From the UHGV virus genome UHGV-0041589: DNA of 20,735 bases; one strand, given 5' to 3'. Below are positions 1-8,868 of this stretch, piece after piece (within the stretch, counting starts at the first letter, position 1; every line of letters begins with the position of its first letter). Source of the DNA: a virus. The notes under the pieces are model-generated. The model saw only the letters and a program-made list of their open reading frames with translations. It ran no database searches and was not told the origin of the DNA. A program made the position numbers and the translations under genes.

Positions 1-43
1 CTTGTATGTGTGAGCTTGTTTTCTGCGCCTACGCAGATAAGGA

Positions 44-1580
44 TTGAGAATGCCGCGCACTGTAACACATAATCCGGATAGCCCCAATAATGACGATGTT
101 TTAGCCGCATCTGAAAAATGGGACGCCTGTAAACCCCCCTATACCAGCGCACACATGAAAATCTGTGTTGCTGCTGCCAAAATCATCCTCGCTGCTTCCG
201 GCGTGGCTCGCCGTTCCAAATACGAAAAAGAGAACTATCTCCGTATCGATTTCAGCAAAGCCGGTAAGGTTACATTTTACGCCGAGTTTCCAAAAAAGAT
301 GGGCCTCAAGGGTAAAAAGCTCGGCGAGTGGCCGGAGCTCGCTATCCAGCTGGCGCGCGAAAAAGCGCTAGGTATGGCTGACTGTGGCTTGCGGGCAGAG
401 TCAGTACATGCAGCGCTGGAAATGTACCGGGATGACCTCAAAGCCAAAGTCGCCCGGCAGAAGCTGAGCCCGGACAGTTTCACAACCTACGGGGTGCGTA
501 TCGACCGGATTAAAGCAACGTTCGGCGAGCGTGAGGTGTTCAGCGACGTAACATACAATCGGCTGGTGGAAGTGCTGGACGAGTGGATCGCCACTCGCTC
601 GAACAATAACGCCCTGGAGTTGTTTGCCGAGCTCCGTCGGTTCTGGAAGTTCTGCGCACCTACTCTTTGCAACGGCCGCAATGTTGCCGCCAGTCTGCCA
701 GATGATTATGTTTCCTCCCGCATACAGAAACCTACCCCCACACGGCTTTTTACCGATATTGAATCAATCGCCCGACTCTGGCTCAATGTTGCTGCCTGCA
801 CCTCTGTACACCAGAAGAATGCTGTTCGCTTCATGATCATCACTGGCGTTCGTCCGATTAATGTCCATAACCTGCGCTGGGACTACGTTCACGAGGAGGC
901 TGGTGAAATTGTTTATCCGGAAGGGGTTATCGGCATGCGAGGGGCTATGAAAACACAAAAGGGCTTCCCCCCCCCCCCNNNNNNNNNNNNNNNNNNNNNN
1001 NNNNNNNNNNNNNNNNNNNNNNNNNNNNNNNNNNNNNNNNNNNNNNNNNNNNNNNNNNNNNNNNNNNNNNNNNNNNNNNNNNNNNNNNNNNCGCCCCCCC
1101 CCCCTGCCGATAACGCCTGAGATCCGGCGGATTATCGACGAGCAGAAAGCCTGGCGTGATTCAGTTCCTGAGTGCAACAGGGATTATGTATTTTTGCAGC
1201 CACGTGATCCAATGCAGCCATTTTCAAAACGATCACTGGATAAGCTGGTGAAAACATACAGCCCGGACGGGGCTGTAAAAGGAATAAAACATGATGGGAC
1301 TGTTAAAGGGAAAGACGGTGCATTTAATACGATGTGCCGTAAATTCCTTAAGAGCAATGTTATTGCCTTGATGAAGGAAAGAGGCTATTCCCGATCAGAC
1401 CGAAGGGAAATCAGCCTCCTTTGCCTTCACCACTCCAGCAAGTCAGATGACCCGATGGCAGAACATTACGACTTTTCTGATGAGATTTTACAGGAAGAGA
1501 TTGCGTTAAAGCGCGAAGCTTTCGAGGCTCACGAGCGGAGCATACTTGCGCAGGTTGCATTGCTACGGCGGCGAGGTTAA
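44..1580 (+). CDS. int: Phage integrase (tyrosine recombinase); frame interrupted by the N-run at 979-1091, C-terminal part resumes after the gap
   Basis: ORF 44..1120 has an AAGGA RBS about 7 nt upstream of the ATG and contains a TGVRPINV segment consistent with the box I arginine. After the gap, frame 0 (from about 1104) reads LPITPEIRRIIDEQKAWRD...LHHSSKSDDPMAEHYDF, a typical integrase C-terminus with His and Tyr. Stop TAA at 1578-1580. Gap length is unknown, so intactness cannot be judged. Confidence 0.8.
979..1091. other. Assembly gap: 113 N flanked by C12 (967-978) and C11 (1094-1104) homopolymers
   Basis: Literal N characters with poly-C on both sides, read as poly-Pro in the ORF track. 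Homopolymer flanks suggest a sequencing or assembly artefact, not biology. Confidence 0.9.
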
Positions 1581-1777
1581 TACTGGCTGCGACACTTTTG
1601 AATAAAAGCGTCGACATTTCGGCGCTCATAACGAACTACTTTTGCACTGAAACGAATTGGTGCCAGGATAGCCCGATGACGATGCTTAATATTCCACTCA
1701 CATAGCGTTTTCTGTGTAATACCTAACTTTTGGCATACTTCATCTGGGGTGAGTAAATCGTCGGGTTTCTCGCTCAT
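1577..1777 (-). CDS. AlpA/excisionase-like HTH DNA-binding protein (candidate Xis)
   Basis: 66 aa; LLTPDEVCQKLGITQKTLCEWNIKH...VRYERRNVDAFI matches the AlpA/excisionase HTH pattern. Start ATG overlaps the helicase stop (ATGA). Converges on the integrase stop. Confidence 0.65.
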   Translation of the reverse strand: MSEKPDDLLTPDEVCQKLGITQKTLCEWNIKHRHRAILAPIRFSAKVVRYERRNVDAFIQKCRSQY

Positions 1778-3168
1778 GCTATACCTCTCTTTTTCATGGC
1801 ATCGAGCAGGATGTCCTGCACTGTTCGTTTTGAGTTGCGCCGCTCCATCACCATTTCGTCCATAGTGTCGGCCGCAATAATGTGGTGAATAAATACCGGA
1901 CGATTGTGTCCGGCCTGTATCTGCCTGGTGGGGCCGATACGTTCAATAATTTGCTGATACTGCTCCAGGTCCCACCAGTGTGAGAAAAATACCAGTATGT
2001 TTCCGCCGTCCTGCATGTTCAGACCGTGGCCCGCGCTGGCTGGGTGTGCAAAGAGAACAGGAATCTTTCCGGAATTCCAGTCGCGCAGTGTCTGTGGATC
2101 TTGGTCGAGGTGACGACCGCGAGGGAATGCTTTAAGCAAGCGTTCAAGATCGTGTTTCCAGTGATAAGCAACCAGCACAGGTGCGCCAGCTGCTTCGGTC
2201 AGTATGCTGTCCAGCGCTTGTAGTTTGGTGTCATGCAGTTCTGACCAACTTCCGGTGTCGTCTGTGTATACTGCGCCACTGGCGATTTGCAGACACTTCA
2301 GTGTCTTTGCCGCGGCGTTTGGTGCTTCGATGCCTTCGCCGTTCAGCTCGAGGAACATTTCCTTTTCCATTTCACGATACTGCTGACGGGCCTTCGGCGG
2401 CATATCCACGCGGATTACGTTATGGATGGGGTCTTTGATATCGAACCAGTCGGCCGCATCCAGCGAGAGGGTCACATCGGCTAACGCTCGCTGTATTTCA
2501 GCATGTGAGTGAGCAAACGGCTCCAGTTTGGTCCAGCTCTGCCCCGGAAACTGTATCGAGTTGAACCAGCGTGAGGTAAACGCGCCGTAAGTGCGCCCGA
2601 GACGTTGCCCCTGGTCCACAAACCACAATTGTCCCCACAAATCTACCAGGCCGTTCGGTGCTGGCGTACCGGTGAGATTTATCCAGCGCTGGACATACTT
2701 ATGCGCCACTTTGCCCAGCGCCGCCGCGCGCTTACCACCACCTCGCAGCCGGAAGGATTTTAGCCGGGTGCTTTCATCTGGAATGACAGTACCGAACGGC
2801 CATCGTTCTCCCAATTCCTCAACCAGCCAGACAAGGTTATCGTAGTTGATGGTGAACACGCTCGCGTTGCTGTTCGCCAGCGCTGCAGAGCGTGCTTTGG
2901 CGTTACCAACAATCGGCTGCACCTCGATATTGCGCAGATGCCCCCATTTCAGCGCTTCATCCGGCCATGTGCTTGCTGCAACGCGTAGGGGCGCGAGGAC
3001 CAGCGCGGGCTGTGTCTCTGAGCCCGCCATGAAAAGATCTTCCAGCGTGGTGAGTGTCGCTACGGTTTTACCCATCCCCATCCCTGCCCAGATGTTGCAG
3101 CGGTGAATGTCGATTTCGTGGTTGATAATTAGATCTTGGTAGGGGCGAGGCGTGAAAACTTTGGGCAT
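1774..3168 (-). CDS. SNF2-family DEAD/DEAH-like helicase
   Basis: 464 aa; RPYQ motif, Walker A GMGKT, DEST box (IPDESTRLK), C-terminal helicase motif HPASAGHGLNMQ. Confidence 0.85.
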   Translation of the reverse strand: MPKVFTPRPYQDLIINHEIDIHRCNIWAGMGMGKTVATLTTLEDLFMAGSETQPALVLAPLRVAASTWPDEALKWGHLRNIEVQPIVGNAKARSAALANSNASVFTINYDNLVWLVEELGERWPFGTVIPDESTRLKSFRLRGGGKRAAALGKVAHKYVQRWINLTGTPAPNGLVDLWGQLWFVDQGQRLGRTYGAFTSRWFNSIQFPGQSWTKLEPFAHSHAEIQRALADVTLSLDAADWFDIKDPIHNVIRVDMPPKARQQYREMEKEMFLELNGEGIEAPNAAAKTLKCLQIASGAVYTDDTGSWSELHDTKLQALDSILTEAAGAPVLVAYHWKHDLERLLKAFPRGRHLDQDPQTLRDWNSGKIPVLFAHPASAGHGLNMQDGGNILVFFSHWWDLEQYQQIIERIGPTRQIQAGHNRPVFIHHIIAADTMDEMVMERRNSKRTVQDILLDAMKKRGIA

Positions 3169-3202
3169 AATGTAACCCTTTAAAATTCAGGAGGATTGTT
3201 TA

Positions 3203-3523
3203 ATGGCTACTTTGTTAACATCAGGGTTAACTGTTCCGGAGTATTACAAAAATGGTGGAGTGCTCGACTTTGAACTGGATGCTTTAGAGGTGGGCGGGAA
3301 TAGCACTGATTTTGAAAATTACCCTTCACTGGTAAACATTCTTTCTAAAGGTTTCGAGCTTCCTGCTACATCTATGGTTAGCGATCCAAAATTTTTAGCC
3401 CCAATACTAGTTTATGGGGACTTCTGGACAAAACTTCATGCTTATACTTATGCCATGGGCGGCTCCGTTGTATATAAGCAATTACCTTCTGGACGGTATC
3501 ATGCCAGATGTGAGTGGCATTAA
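3203..3523 (+). CDS. Hypothetical protein (106 aa), AT-rich moron antisense to the surrounding operon
   Basis: Strong RBS (AGGAGG) 7-8 nt upstream of ATG 3203. Visibly lower GC than its neighbours. Diverges from the helicase start (3168) and overlaps the C5-MTase stop by 3-4 nt. No recognisable motifs. Confidence 0.6.
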   Translation: MATLLTSGLTVPEYYKNGGVLDFELDALEVGGNSTDFENYPSLVNILSKGFELPATSMVSDPKFLAPILVYGDFWTKLHAYTYAMGGSVVYKQLPSGRYHARCEWH

Positions 3524-4548
3524 ATAAGGTCGTATCCTGCGCATTCCATAAACGAGCGGATGAATGTTGCGGCAGCTGGTGCGACTATCGCGTTGCCGTA
3601 GGCGCGCAGTCGTCCCACTCTGGAGGTAATCCCATTAGCCAACGGGCATGTGCCGGATTCAACTGGCCGCCAGCGACCATCCCGGCAGAGGAGCCAGTCA
3701 GCACCATCCCAGCAGCCGTTAATCGTATTGGGCCGCAGATTCTCGCAGCGCCGCCGAGGGTCGTTCCCCGTTCGGTATGATTGGCCGCTGCGCCCTCGGC
3801 ACGAACTTGGTTGTTGTCGATCGTCGTCACTGTCGGCCATCCCGCTAATCTGGATAGTCCCGCTAAGGTTTCTAGACCGCGTTTTGTCTCCGGCTGTGGG
3901 TTTGTGTTGCAGGTTGGGGTGTACCACCCCGCTAGGTGAGCAAAATTCCGCAGGGAGCTGTGTAGCGTGTTGCCGGACGGTCGACGATCTCCAGACATCT
4001 TCCTCAATGCTATTGAGGCGCTTTCGCCACCGCTGTGATCGCTCGCCGCTGGCGTCGGCCACCCAATACGCTCTATCTCGGATATGCGGGGCACCGACGC
4101 CCGCAGCCGGAAACGGGACAAGCCCAAAGGCGTAGTCCACTGCTTCCACGTCAGTTTGTACAAGATCGAACCAGGCATTGACTCCCGCAACCTGTTCGCC
4201 AAATACCAGCTTAGGGCGTCGCTCGCTGATGAGGTGGAATAGTGCTGGCCATAGGTGCCGCTCGTCATCAAACCCAGCGCCTTTACCAGCCGAGCTGAAA
4301 GGCTGGCACGGGCAACTTCCTGTCCAGACCGGTTTGTTATCCGGCCATCCGGCCAGACGCAGAGCATAAGACCAGACGCCGATCCCGGCGAAGAAATGGC
4401 ACTGTGTGAATCCGCGCAAGTCGTCTGGTGCGACATCTTCGATACTCCTTTCATCAACTTCACCCGGGGCGATATGACCTGCAGCAATAAGGTTACGCAG
4501 CCATTGTGCTGCGTTAGGGTCTATTTCGTTGTAATAGGCTCCCCGCAC
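3520..4548 (-). CDS. DNA (cytosine-5)-methyltransferase
   Basis: Motif I FAGIG, catalytic motif [14 protein letters not shown]-like FGEQV, C-terminal AYGNAIV. Arg-rich central variable region consistent with a target-recognition domain. Confidence 0.85.
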   Translation of the reverse strand: MRGAYYNEIDPNAAQWLRNLIAAGHIAPGEVDERSIEDVAPDDLRGFTQCHFFAGIGVWSYALRLAGWPDNKPVWTGSCPCQPFSSAGKGAGFDDERHLWPALFHLISERRPKLVFGEQVAGVNAWFDLVQTDVEAVDYAFGLVPFPAAGVGAPHIRDRAYWVADASGERSQRWRKRLNSIEEDVWRSSTVRQHATQLPAEFCSPSGVVHPNLQHKPTAGDKTRSRNLSGTIQISGMADSDDDRQQPSSCRGRSGQSYRTGNDPRRRCENLRPNTINGCWDGADWLLCRDGRWRPVESGTCPLANGITSRVGRLRAYGNAIVAPAAATFIRSFMECAGYDLI

Positions 4549-4817
4549 AATATCCCCTCCAGATTTTTGCTATCTAATACCACCACGGTAAAGCCCAACG
4601 CGCGCAGCCGTTCGTGCTCGCGTAACTGGTCAGGCCGTGGTGGTTTGCTTGGCGCTTTGCATTCGACAAAGACGATGCGACCGCCGGGTAGCAGGACAAT
4701 GCGATCCGGTACCGAGCGGCGACCGGGTGACACGAACTTAAAGGCGACCCCGCCAGCCTTTTTCACTTCGGCGACGAGGTGCTTTTCGATAAGGCTTTCA
4801 CGTTCGTAGGCCATCAT
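4521..4817 (-). CDS. VRR-NUC domain nuclease
   Basis: Start chosen at the internal ATGATG (4817..4812) because ATG 4817..4815 overlaps the upstream MTase stop TGA 4816..4814; the longer ORF to 4940 would overlap the MTase out of frame. Pattern VAFKFVSPGRRSVPDRIVLLPGGRIVFVECKAP...LREHE matches VRR-NUC. Confidence 0.75.
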   Translation of the reverse strand: MMAYERESLIEKHLVAEVKKAGGVAFKFVSPGRRSVPDRIVLLPGGRIVFVECKAPSKPPRPDQLREHERLRALGFTVVVLDSKNLEGILCGEPITTK

Positions 4818-5296
4818 TCCACACCTTTGACGAAAATAACCCAGTGGGTTTTGTCGGCTTTTCCGGTTCGTTGCCATATGGCCGGCTTCTCGTCGGTCAG
4901 CGCCAAGATATTGCTTACCGGGATCTGCGTTTCGTTCCATTTGAATATGAGTACACCGTGGGGCCGCAATACCCTGAATGCTTCGGCGAAGCCGTCGCGA
5001 AGATCATCGCGCCATGTTTCTTTGTTGAGCCGCCCGTACTTTTTCCTCATCCATGCGTTATCGCCGACGCGCTCGAGGTGCGGCGGATCGAAAACGACGA
5101 CAGGGAAAGTGTTATCGGCAAAGGGAAGGGCGCGGAAATCAGCTATAAGGTCCGGACTTATAACCAACTGGCGACCGTCGCAAAGCTCATGCTGCTCGGC
5201 GCGGATATCACTGAACACGGCGCGCTTGTCCTCCTTGTCGAACCAAAACATACGAGAGCCGCAGCACATGTCAAGAATGGTCTGCTCACAAGTCAT
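4814..5296 (-). CDS. DNA amino-methyltransferase (N6-adenine or N4-cytosine type; DPPH motif)
   Basis: 160 aa; SAM-binding motif I-like LDMCCGS followed by VVVFDPPH (motif IV). Motif order I then IV. Confidence 0.7.
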   Translation of the reverse strand: MTCEQTILDMCCGSRMFWFDKEDKRAVFSDIRAEQHELCDGRQLVISPDLIADFRALPFADNTFPVVVFDPPHLERVGDNAWMRKKYGRLNKETWRDDLRDGFAEAFRVLRPHGVLIFKWNETQIPVSNILALTDEKPAIWQRTGKADKTHWVIFVKGVE

Positions 5297-5507
5297 CGCT
5301 CACCGCCTTACGCTTTTCGCGCATGTTCTGCATCAGACAAAAATCAGACCGGCGTTCGCTCCAGTCCTGATTCAGTTCGTTACGTGACTGGCGGTTAGCC
5401 TTGGCCCAGACCTTCGCTGCCCGGTCATATTCGCCGGACTGCTCAAGGCGCAAGGCCTCCCTCGCAGCCCGGTAATAAAGCGGACTGTCCCGATATTTAA
5501 ATGACAT
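5286..5507 (-). CDS. Small protein (73 aa), possibly ANR-family-like small regulator
   Basis: Start at internal ATG 5507 with RBS AGGAG 8 nt upstream; the longer ORF to 5633 would overlap the upstream gene. AAKVWAKA...NELNQDWSERRSDFC resembles the ANR small-regulator pattern as I recall it; unverified. Confidence 0.5.
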   Translation of the reverse strand: MSFKYRDSPLYYRAAREALRLEQSGEYDRAAKVWAKANRQSRNELNQDWSERRSDFCLMQNMREKRKAVSDDL

Positions 5508-5512
5508 AGGGG

Positions 5513-5716
5513 TTACTCCTGCTTTGCTTCGATTGGGCGGATGCTGCTCAGCACCAGACGAGTGCGGACACCGACAGCACCACCGCGGCGGCCAGTGTCT
5601 TTGTAGTAATACTCTTTTGGGCCAGCCACCCACGTTGTCGCGTTTTGATGCAATTGCACCTGCTTTTCACCGGTGCGGGTAATAACCGTTCCGGTATGCG
5701 TTTTGATTACAGTCAT
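5513..5716 (-). CDS. Hypothetical protein (67 aa)
   Basis: ATG 5 nt after the PolA stop, AAGGA about 9 nt upstream; stop TAA 6 nt before the next start. Tight operon packing supports it being real. Confidence 0.5.
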   Translation of the reverse strand: MTVIKTHTGTVITRTGEKQVQLHQNATTWVAGPKEYYYKDTGRRGGAVGVRTRLVLSSIRPIEAKQE

Positions 5717-5721
5717 AGCGA

Positions 5722-7785
5722 TTAATCCTTACGGTAGTGGTACGCCTCAAAACCGCCAGCGTTCAGTGGGATATCGGGCGCCCATTCGGGGTTAGTGGAG
5801 AGAAGCGCGGAAAGCGCTTTATCGTTGAAATCTTCTGTGTCAGGTGCTTCGGTGATCACCTCGTCGTGTACCGTCAGCACAATGCTGTAACCGGCATCTT
5901 CGATAAGCGGCATGTTTCCGGCCAGAACGTCGCGGGCGGCCGCCTGGGTGACGTTCTCTACCAGCTTTCCGCCGTAGGTTTTGAGTCGTTGCCATTTACG
6001 CGAATAAGAGTTAACACCCATATAGGTGATATTCCCTTTTTCGATAACCGGAGAGGGGTAGCATACAGCGCGTCCGGATGGTAGCTGTATGCGCAGCCAC
6101 GCGCCATCGCGGCGGATTTTAAGATAACCGCAATACAATGTTTTTTGCGGTGTGGCGATTGCAGTGCGGACGGTGCGCTCCAGTTCGTACCAGAAATCGC
6201 AGGTCGCCGGGTGCGCCCTGCGCCACAGGCGCTTGAGCGAGTCACATGCGATGAATACACGCTCGGACAGGCCAAAGGTCGACTTACGTTTAACCGATTC
6301 GTTGTACCAGCTTTTCGCCTCGCGGATAACATCGCGGGGAATGTTTGGCAGTGCGGCGTTCGCCAGCTCGTCGAGATCGAGACCGTAAACCAGAGCAAAA
6401 GTGATGAAAGCCGATACACCACCTCCATAACCCAGACCGAGTTCCATGACTTTACCGATCTGACGCATGTGTTTATCAACATCATCTGGTGCAATATCGA
6501 AAGCTTTTGCATACGCCAGTTTATATAAGTCCGGACCCGTTCCGGCGTCGTACTCTCTGAATGCATTCAGTTTCCATTCTTCTCCCGCCAGCCATGCCAG
6601 CATACGGCCTTCAATGTTCGACAAGTCACTTACCACCAGTTTTTTGCCTGTTGGCGCGATAATGCAGCCACGTAACGCTGAACTGGTTAGTTCCATGATA
6701 TTGTCAAACAGCAGGTCTGCACATCCGGCTTTCAGTGCTTCGATGCCTTCGTCTATTTGTTCCTGTTTTAGTGAAGGGCGGGGAAGGTTCTGGGGCTGGA
6801 ATAGCCGTCCGGCCCAACGACCGGTACGTGACGCCCCGCAGAACTGTAGCGTACCGCGTAAGCGCCCGTCGTGGCTTACGCCTTTCATCAGTGCCTTGTA
6901 TTTACTGGTGCTGGTAGTACTGGCCTGCAGGCGGATAGCCAGCAGTTCTTTCACGGCAGATGGTAAATCGGGGTCGGCTATACGACGTTCCAGAGTACTG
7001 CGTTGCATGTCTGGTAGCTCCACACCGTAGGATTCAACGATGTGCTTAATCAACGCGTCCCGTTGTGTTGCTGCCTGCACTTCGCCATCAGTCATTTCCT
7101 GTGTACGCTTTGCCAGGCGCTTTTGCTCCTGGTCTACCGCTTCGATCGCAGCGCGCGCGAGTTGAATGTCCATGCAGACGCCCCGGTCGTTGATCTGCTG
7201 ATCACGATGCCAGAGCGCCAGTTCTGTCCCCTGATAATTCCACTTCGGCAGACGTTTATAGACTTCGCGCATTGCCTCGATATCCAGTCCGGCGTAAGCA
7301 ACAAAGCGCCGCCATTCTTCCGGGTGGGTTTTGCTGGTGGCCCGGCGCAGTTTGCTGTTTTTCGGGCGTGGCTTACAGAACAGCTGGATCAGCGCTTTAC
7401 CTTCTTTGTCCTTCGCTTTGTCTTGCGGGACGCCTAGTACTTCGCAGAGTTCCCCCAGAGACCCCGGGAGACCGTGCGCCAGCGCCTGCACCATTGTGTC
7501 GCGCCAACGTTCGACTGGCGGTGCCAGGCGCGGCATTGCATAACGCAGGACGGTGCGGTCGAAGTGAGAGTTATGAAAATAAAGCAGGGTTTCAGGGGCT
7601 GCGATTGCTTCGTATAAGCCGTGTGGAATACCACCACCGGCAGTGATATCCCACACGTTTACGGGCTCGTCGTTGATAGCCCATGCGAACAGCATCACTT
7701 CAACGCCTTCGGCATACGCATGGGTACCGTTCGTAATAGGGATTTCGCAATAGGTTTCTAGGTCACCCCATAGTATATTGGACAT
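5722..7785 (-). CDS. Family-A (Pol I-like) DNA polymerase with N-terminal 3'-5' exonuclease domain
   Basis: 687 aa; exo motif LWGDLETY near the N-terminus, motif [17 protein letters not shown], motif C LTVHDEV. Confidence 0.9.
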   Translation of the reverse strand: MSNILWGDLETYCEIPITNGTHAYAEGVEVMLFAWAINDEPVNVWDITAGGGIPHGLYEAIAAPETLLYFHNSHFDRTVLRYAMPRLAPPVERWRDTMVQALAHGLPGSLGELCEVLGVPQDKAKDKEGKALIQLFCKPRPKNSKLRRATSKTHPEEWRRFVAYAGLDIEAMREVYKRLPKWNYQGTELALWHRDQQINDRGVCMDIQLARAAIEAVDQEQKRLAKRTQEMTDGEVQAATQRDALIKHIVESYGVELPDMQRSTLERRIADPDLPSAVKELLAIRLQASTTSTSKYKALMKGVSHDGRLRGTLQFCGASRTGRWAGRLFQPQNLPRPSLKQEQIDEGIEALKAGCADLLFDNIMELTSSALRGCIIAPTGKKLVVSDLSNIEGRMLAWLAGEEWKLNAFREYDAGTGPDLYKLAYAKAFDIAPDDVDKHMRQIGKVMELGLGYGGGVSAFITFALVYGLDLDELANAALPNIPRDVIREAKSWYNESVKRKSTFGLSERVFIACDSLKRLWRRAHPATCDFWYELERTVRTAIATPQKTLYCGYLKIRRDGAWLRIQLPSGRAVCYPSPVIEKGNITYMGVNSYSRKWQRLKTYGGKLVENVTQAAARDVLAGNMPLIEDAGYSIVLTVHDEVITEAPDTEDFNDKALSALLSTNPEWAPDIPLNAGGFEAYHYRKD

Positions 7786-7841
7786 AAAATAACCTTGTGT
7801 GATATATGGTTATGTAGGTGTAAATAAACAAGGAGACGGCG

Positions 7842-8111
7842 GTGTTTAGCTTTGGTATCGGAATACTTTCATTGATAGGTATTATTGCTTTCCCCATTCT
7901 TTATATTTTAGGGAGAATAGTTCGGGCTGGTGGCGCATGGCTCGAACGTGAAGAAGGTCCTAAGGATCGTGTTCTTCCCAAAATTATAATTTTTGCGCTT
8001 ATTGGGTTCTTTCTTGGGTGTTTGGCTCAGCCTGTATGGGACAGCATTTCGGTATGTAGAGACTATGGCAATCCAATAGGGAAATGTCTTTTTAAATTCA
8101 ATGAATTTTAA
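7842..8111 (+). CDS. Small membrane protein (89 aa, two predicted TM helices), AT-rich accessory gene
   Basis: GTG start 5 nt after AGGAGA RBS (7831-7836). Two hydrophobic stretches (about residues 2-24 and 47-65), Cys-containing C-terminal tail. AT-rich codon usage. Opposite strand to the surrounding operon. Confidence 0.6.
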   Translation: MFSFGIGILSLIGIIAFPILYILGRIVRAGGAWLEREEGPKDRVLPKIIIFALIGFFLGCLAQPVWDSISVCRDYGNPIGKCLFKFNEF

Positions 8112-8178
8112 TTTTTAGTATTGCGGTAGGCTGGTTTGGATAACTATTTTCTTAAGCCAGCCTTTGTTATAAGAAATA

Positions 8179-8832
8179 TTAAGCATCTACCCCTTCGTCA
8201 GAAGGGAGGCCGATCATTTCGTTGAGAGTTTCGCGTCGTATAGCTGGCGGAAGCGGAGCAGATGGTGCATCGGCTGGCAGAAGTTCTTTAGCTTCAGGCC
8301 ACTCTTCCAGCAGGCGCTTAACTGTGCGCACTTTACTGAGTGCAGCGCTGACATTCTGTCGAATGTCTGACTCATCGCTCTGTATCTGCTCATAAAGTGT
8401 ATCAAACCCGTAAAACTCTGTAACTAGAGGGTCATTTGCCAGAAGGGTAAATTCCCCCGGCGCGATTTTGTGAATATGGTCTGGTGACCCTGATTCATAT
8501 CCTCGGTAGTTACCGTTGAAATAGACGGTAACCCGAGAACCTGCCAGATTCAGACACATGTAACACTCTTCCCTGATAATGTTATTGGCGGTTTTTAATG
8601 CTTCGGGGAATTTTGATACCAGTGTTTCTATTTTTTTTATATTTTTTAATATTTCAGCTTCTTTCTCTACGCCCCCGATAGCTGCAAGCCGAACACGTTC
8701 GGCCCATTCAACACGAGCAGCTCGTAGTGCTGATTTACGTTTGGGGATACCCGCTTTCTCAAGTGCGTTATTGATGATTTGAGTTTTAAGGTAATTAGTT
8801 AATACGGGCTGTGACATTATTCTTTCCCTCAT
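8179..8832 (-). CDS. Hypothetical protein (about 212-217 aa); start ambiguous (ATG 8832 or ATG 8817)
   Basis: Long ORF with lower GC than the core replication genes; Lys/Glu-rich helical N-terminal half, no recognisable catalytic motif. Both candidate ATGs have a GA-rich SD-like sequence upstream. Confidence 0.55.
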   Translation of the reverse strand: MRERIMSQPVLTNYLKTQIINNALEKAGIPKRKSALRAARVEWAERVRLAAIGGVEKEAEILKNIKKIETLVSKFPEALKTANNIIREECYMCLNLAGSRVTVYFNGNYRGYESGSPDHIHKIAPGEFTLLANDPLVTEFYGFDTLYEQIQSDESDIRQNVSAALSKVRTVKRLLEEWPEAKELLPADAPSAPLPPAIRRETLNEMIGLPSDEGVDA

Positions 8833-8868
8833 GAGATCCCCCAGCACGCAGCTGGGGGATGAATATTT

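Noticed and set aside
3585-4487. 300-aa ORF on the minus strand overlapping the C5-methyltransferase in another frame
   Set aside because: Fully nested inside a gene with clear MTase motifs; high-GC sequence commonly yields long spurious alternate-frame ORFs; no independent RBS or motif support.
4818-4940. N-terminal extension of the VRR-NUC ORF (start at 4940)
   Set aside because: Would overlap the upstream MTase by more than 120 nt out of frame; the internal ATGATG at 4817 gives a classic ATGA stop-start overlap and a protein of typical VRR-NUC size.
5737-7646. Multiple plus-strand ORFs (60-187 aa) inside the PolA gene and similar antisense ORFs inside the helicase, primase and terminase genes
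   Set aside because: All are nested antisense within long genes that have strong polymerase/helicase motifs; typical high-GC antisense artefacts with no RBS.
8128-8163. Inverted repeat AGGCTGG/CCAGCCT between the convergent genes of the accessory island, as a terminator
   Set aside because: The 22-nt loop is too large for a canonical intrinsic terminator and no clear U-tract follows on either strand; mentioned in the findings only as a possible boundary element.
8836-8860. Perfect 10-bp hairpin ATCCCCCAGC/GCTGGGGGAT between the DUF2815 stop and the 222-aa gene start, as a minus-strand terminator
   Set aside because: On the minus strand it is not followed by a U-tract (the T-run is on the plus-strand side, where no upstream plus gene exists), and it overlaps the candidate start region of the downstream gene. 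More likely a translational or RNA-stability element; not called as a terminator.
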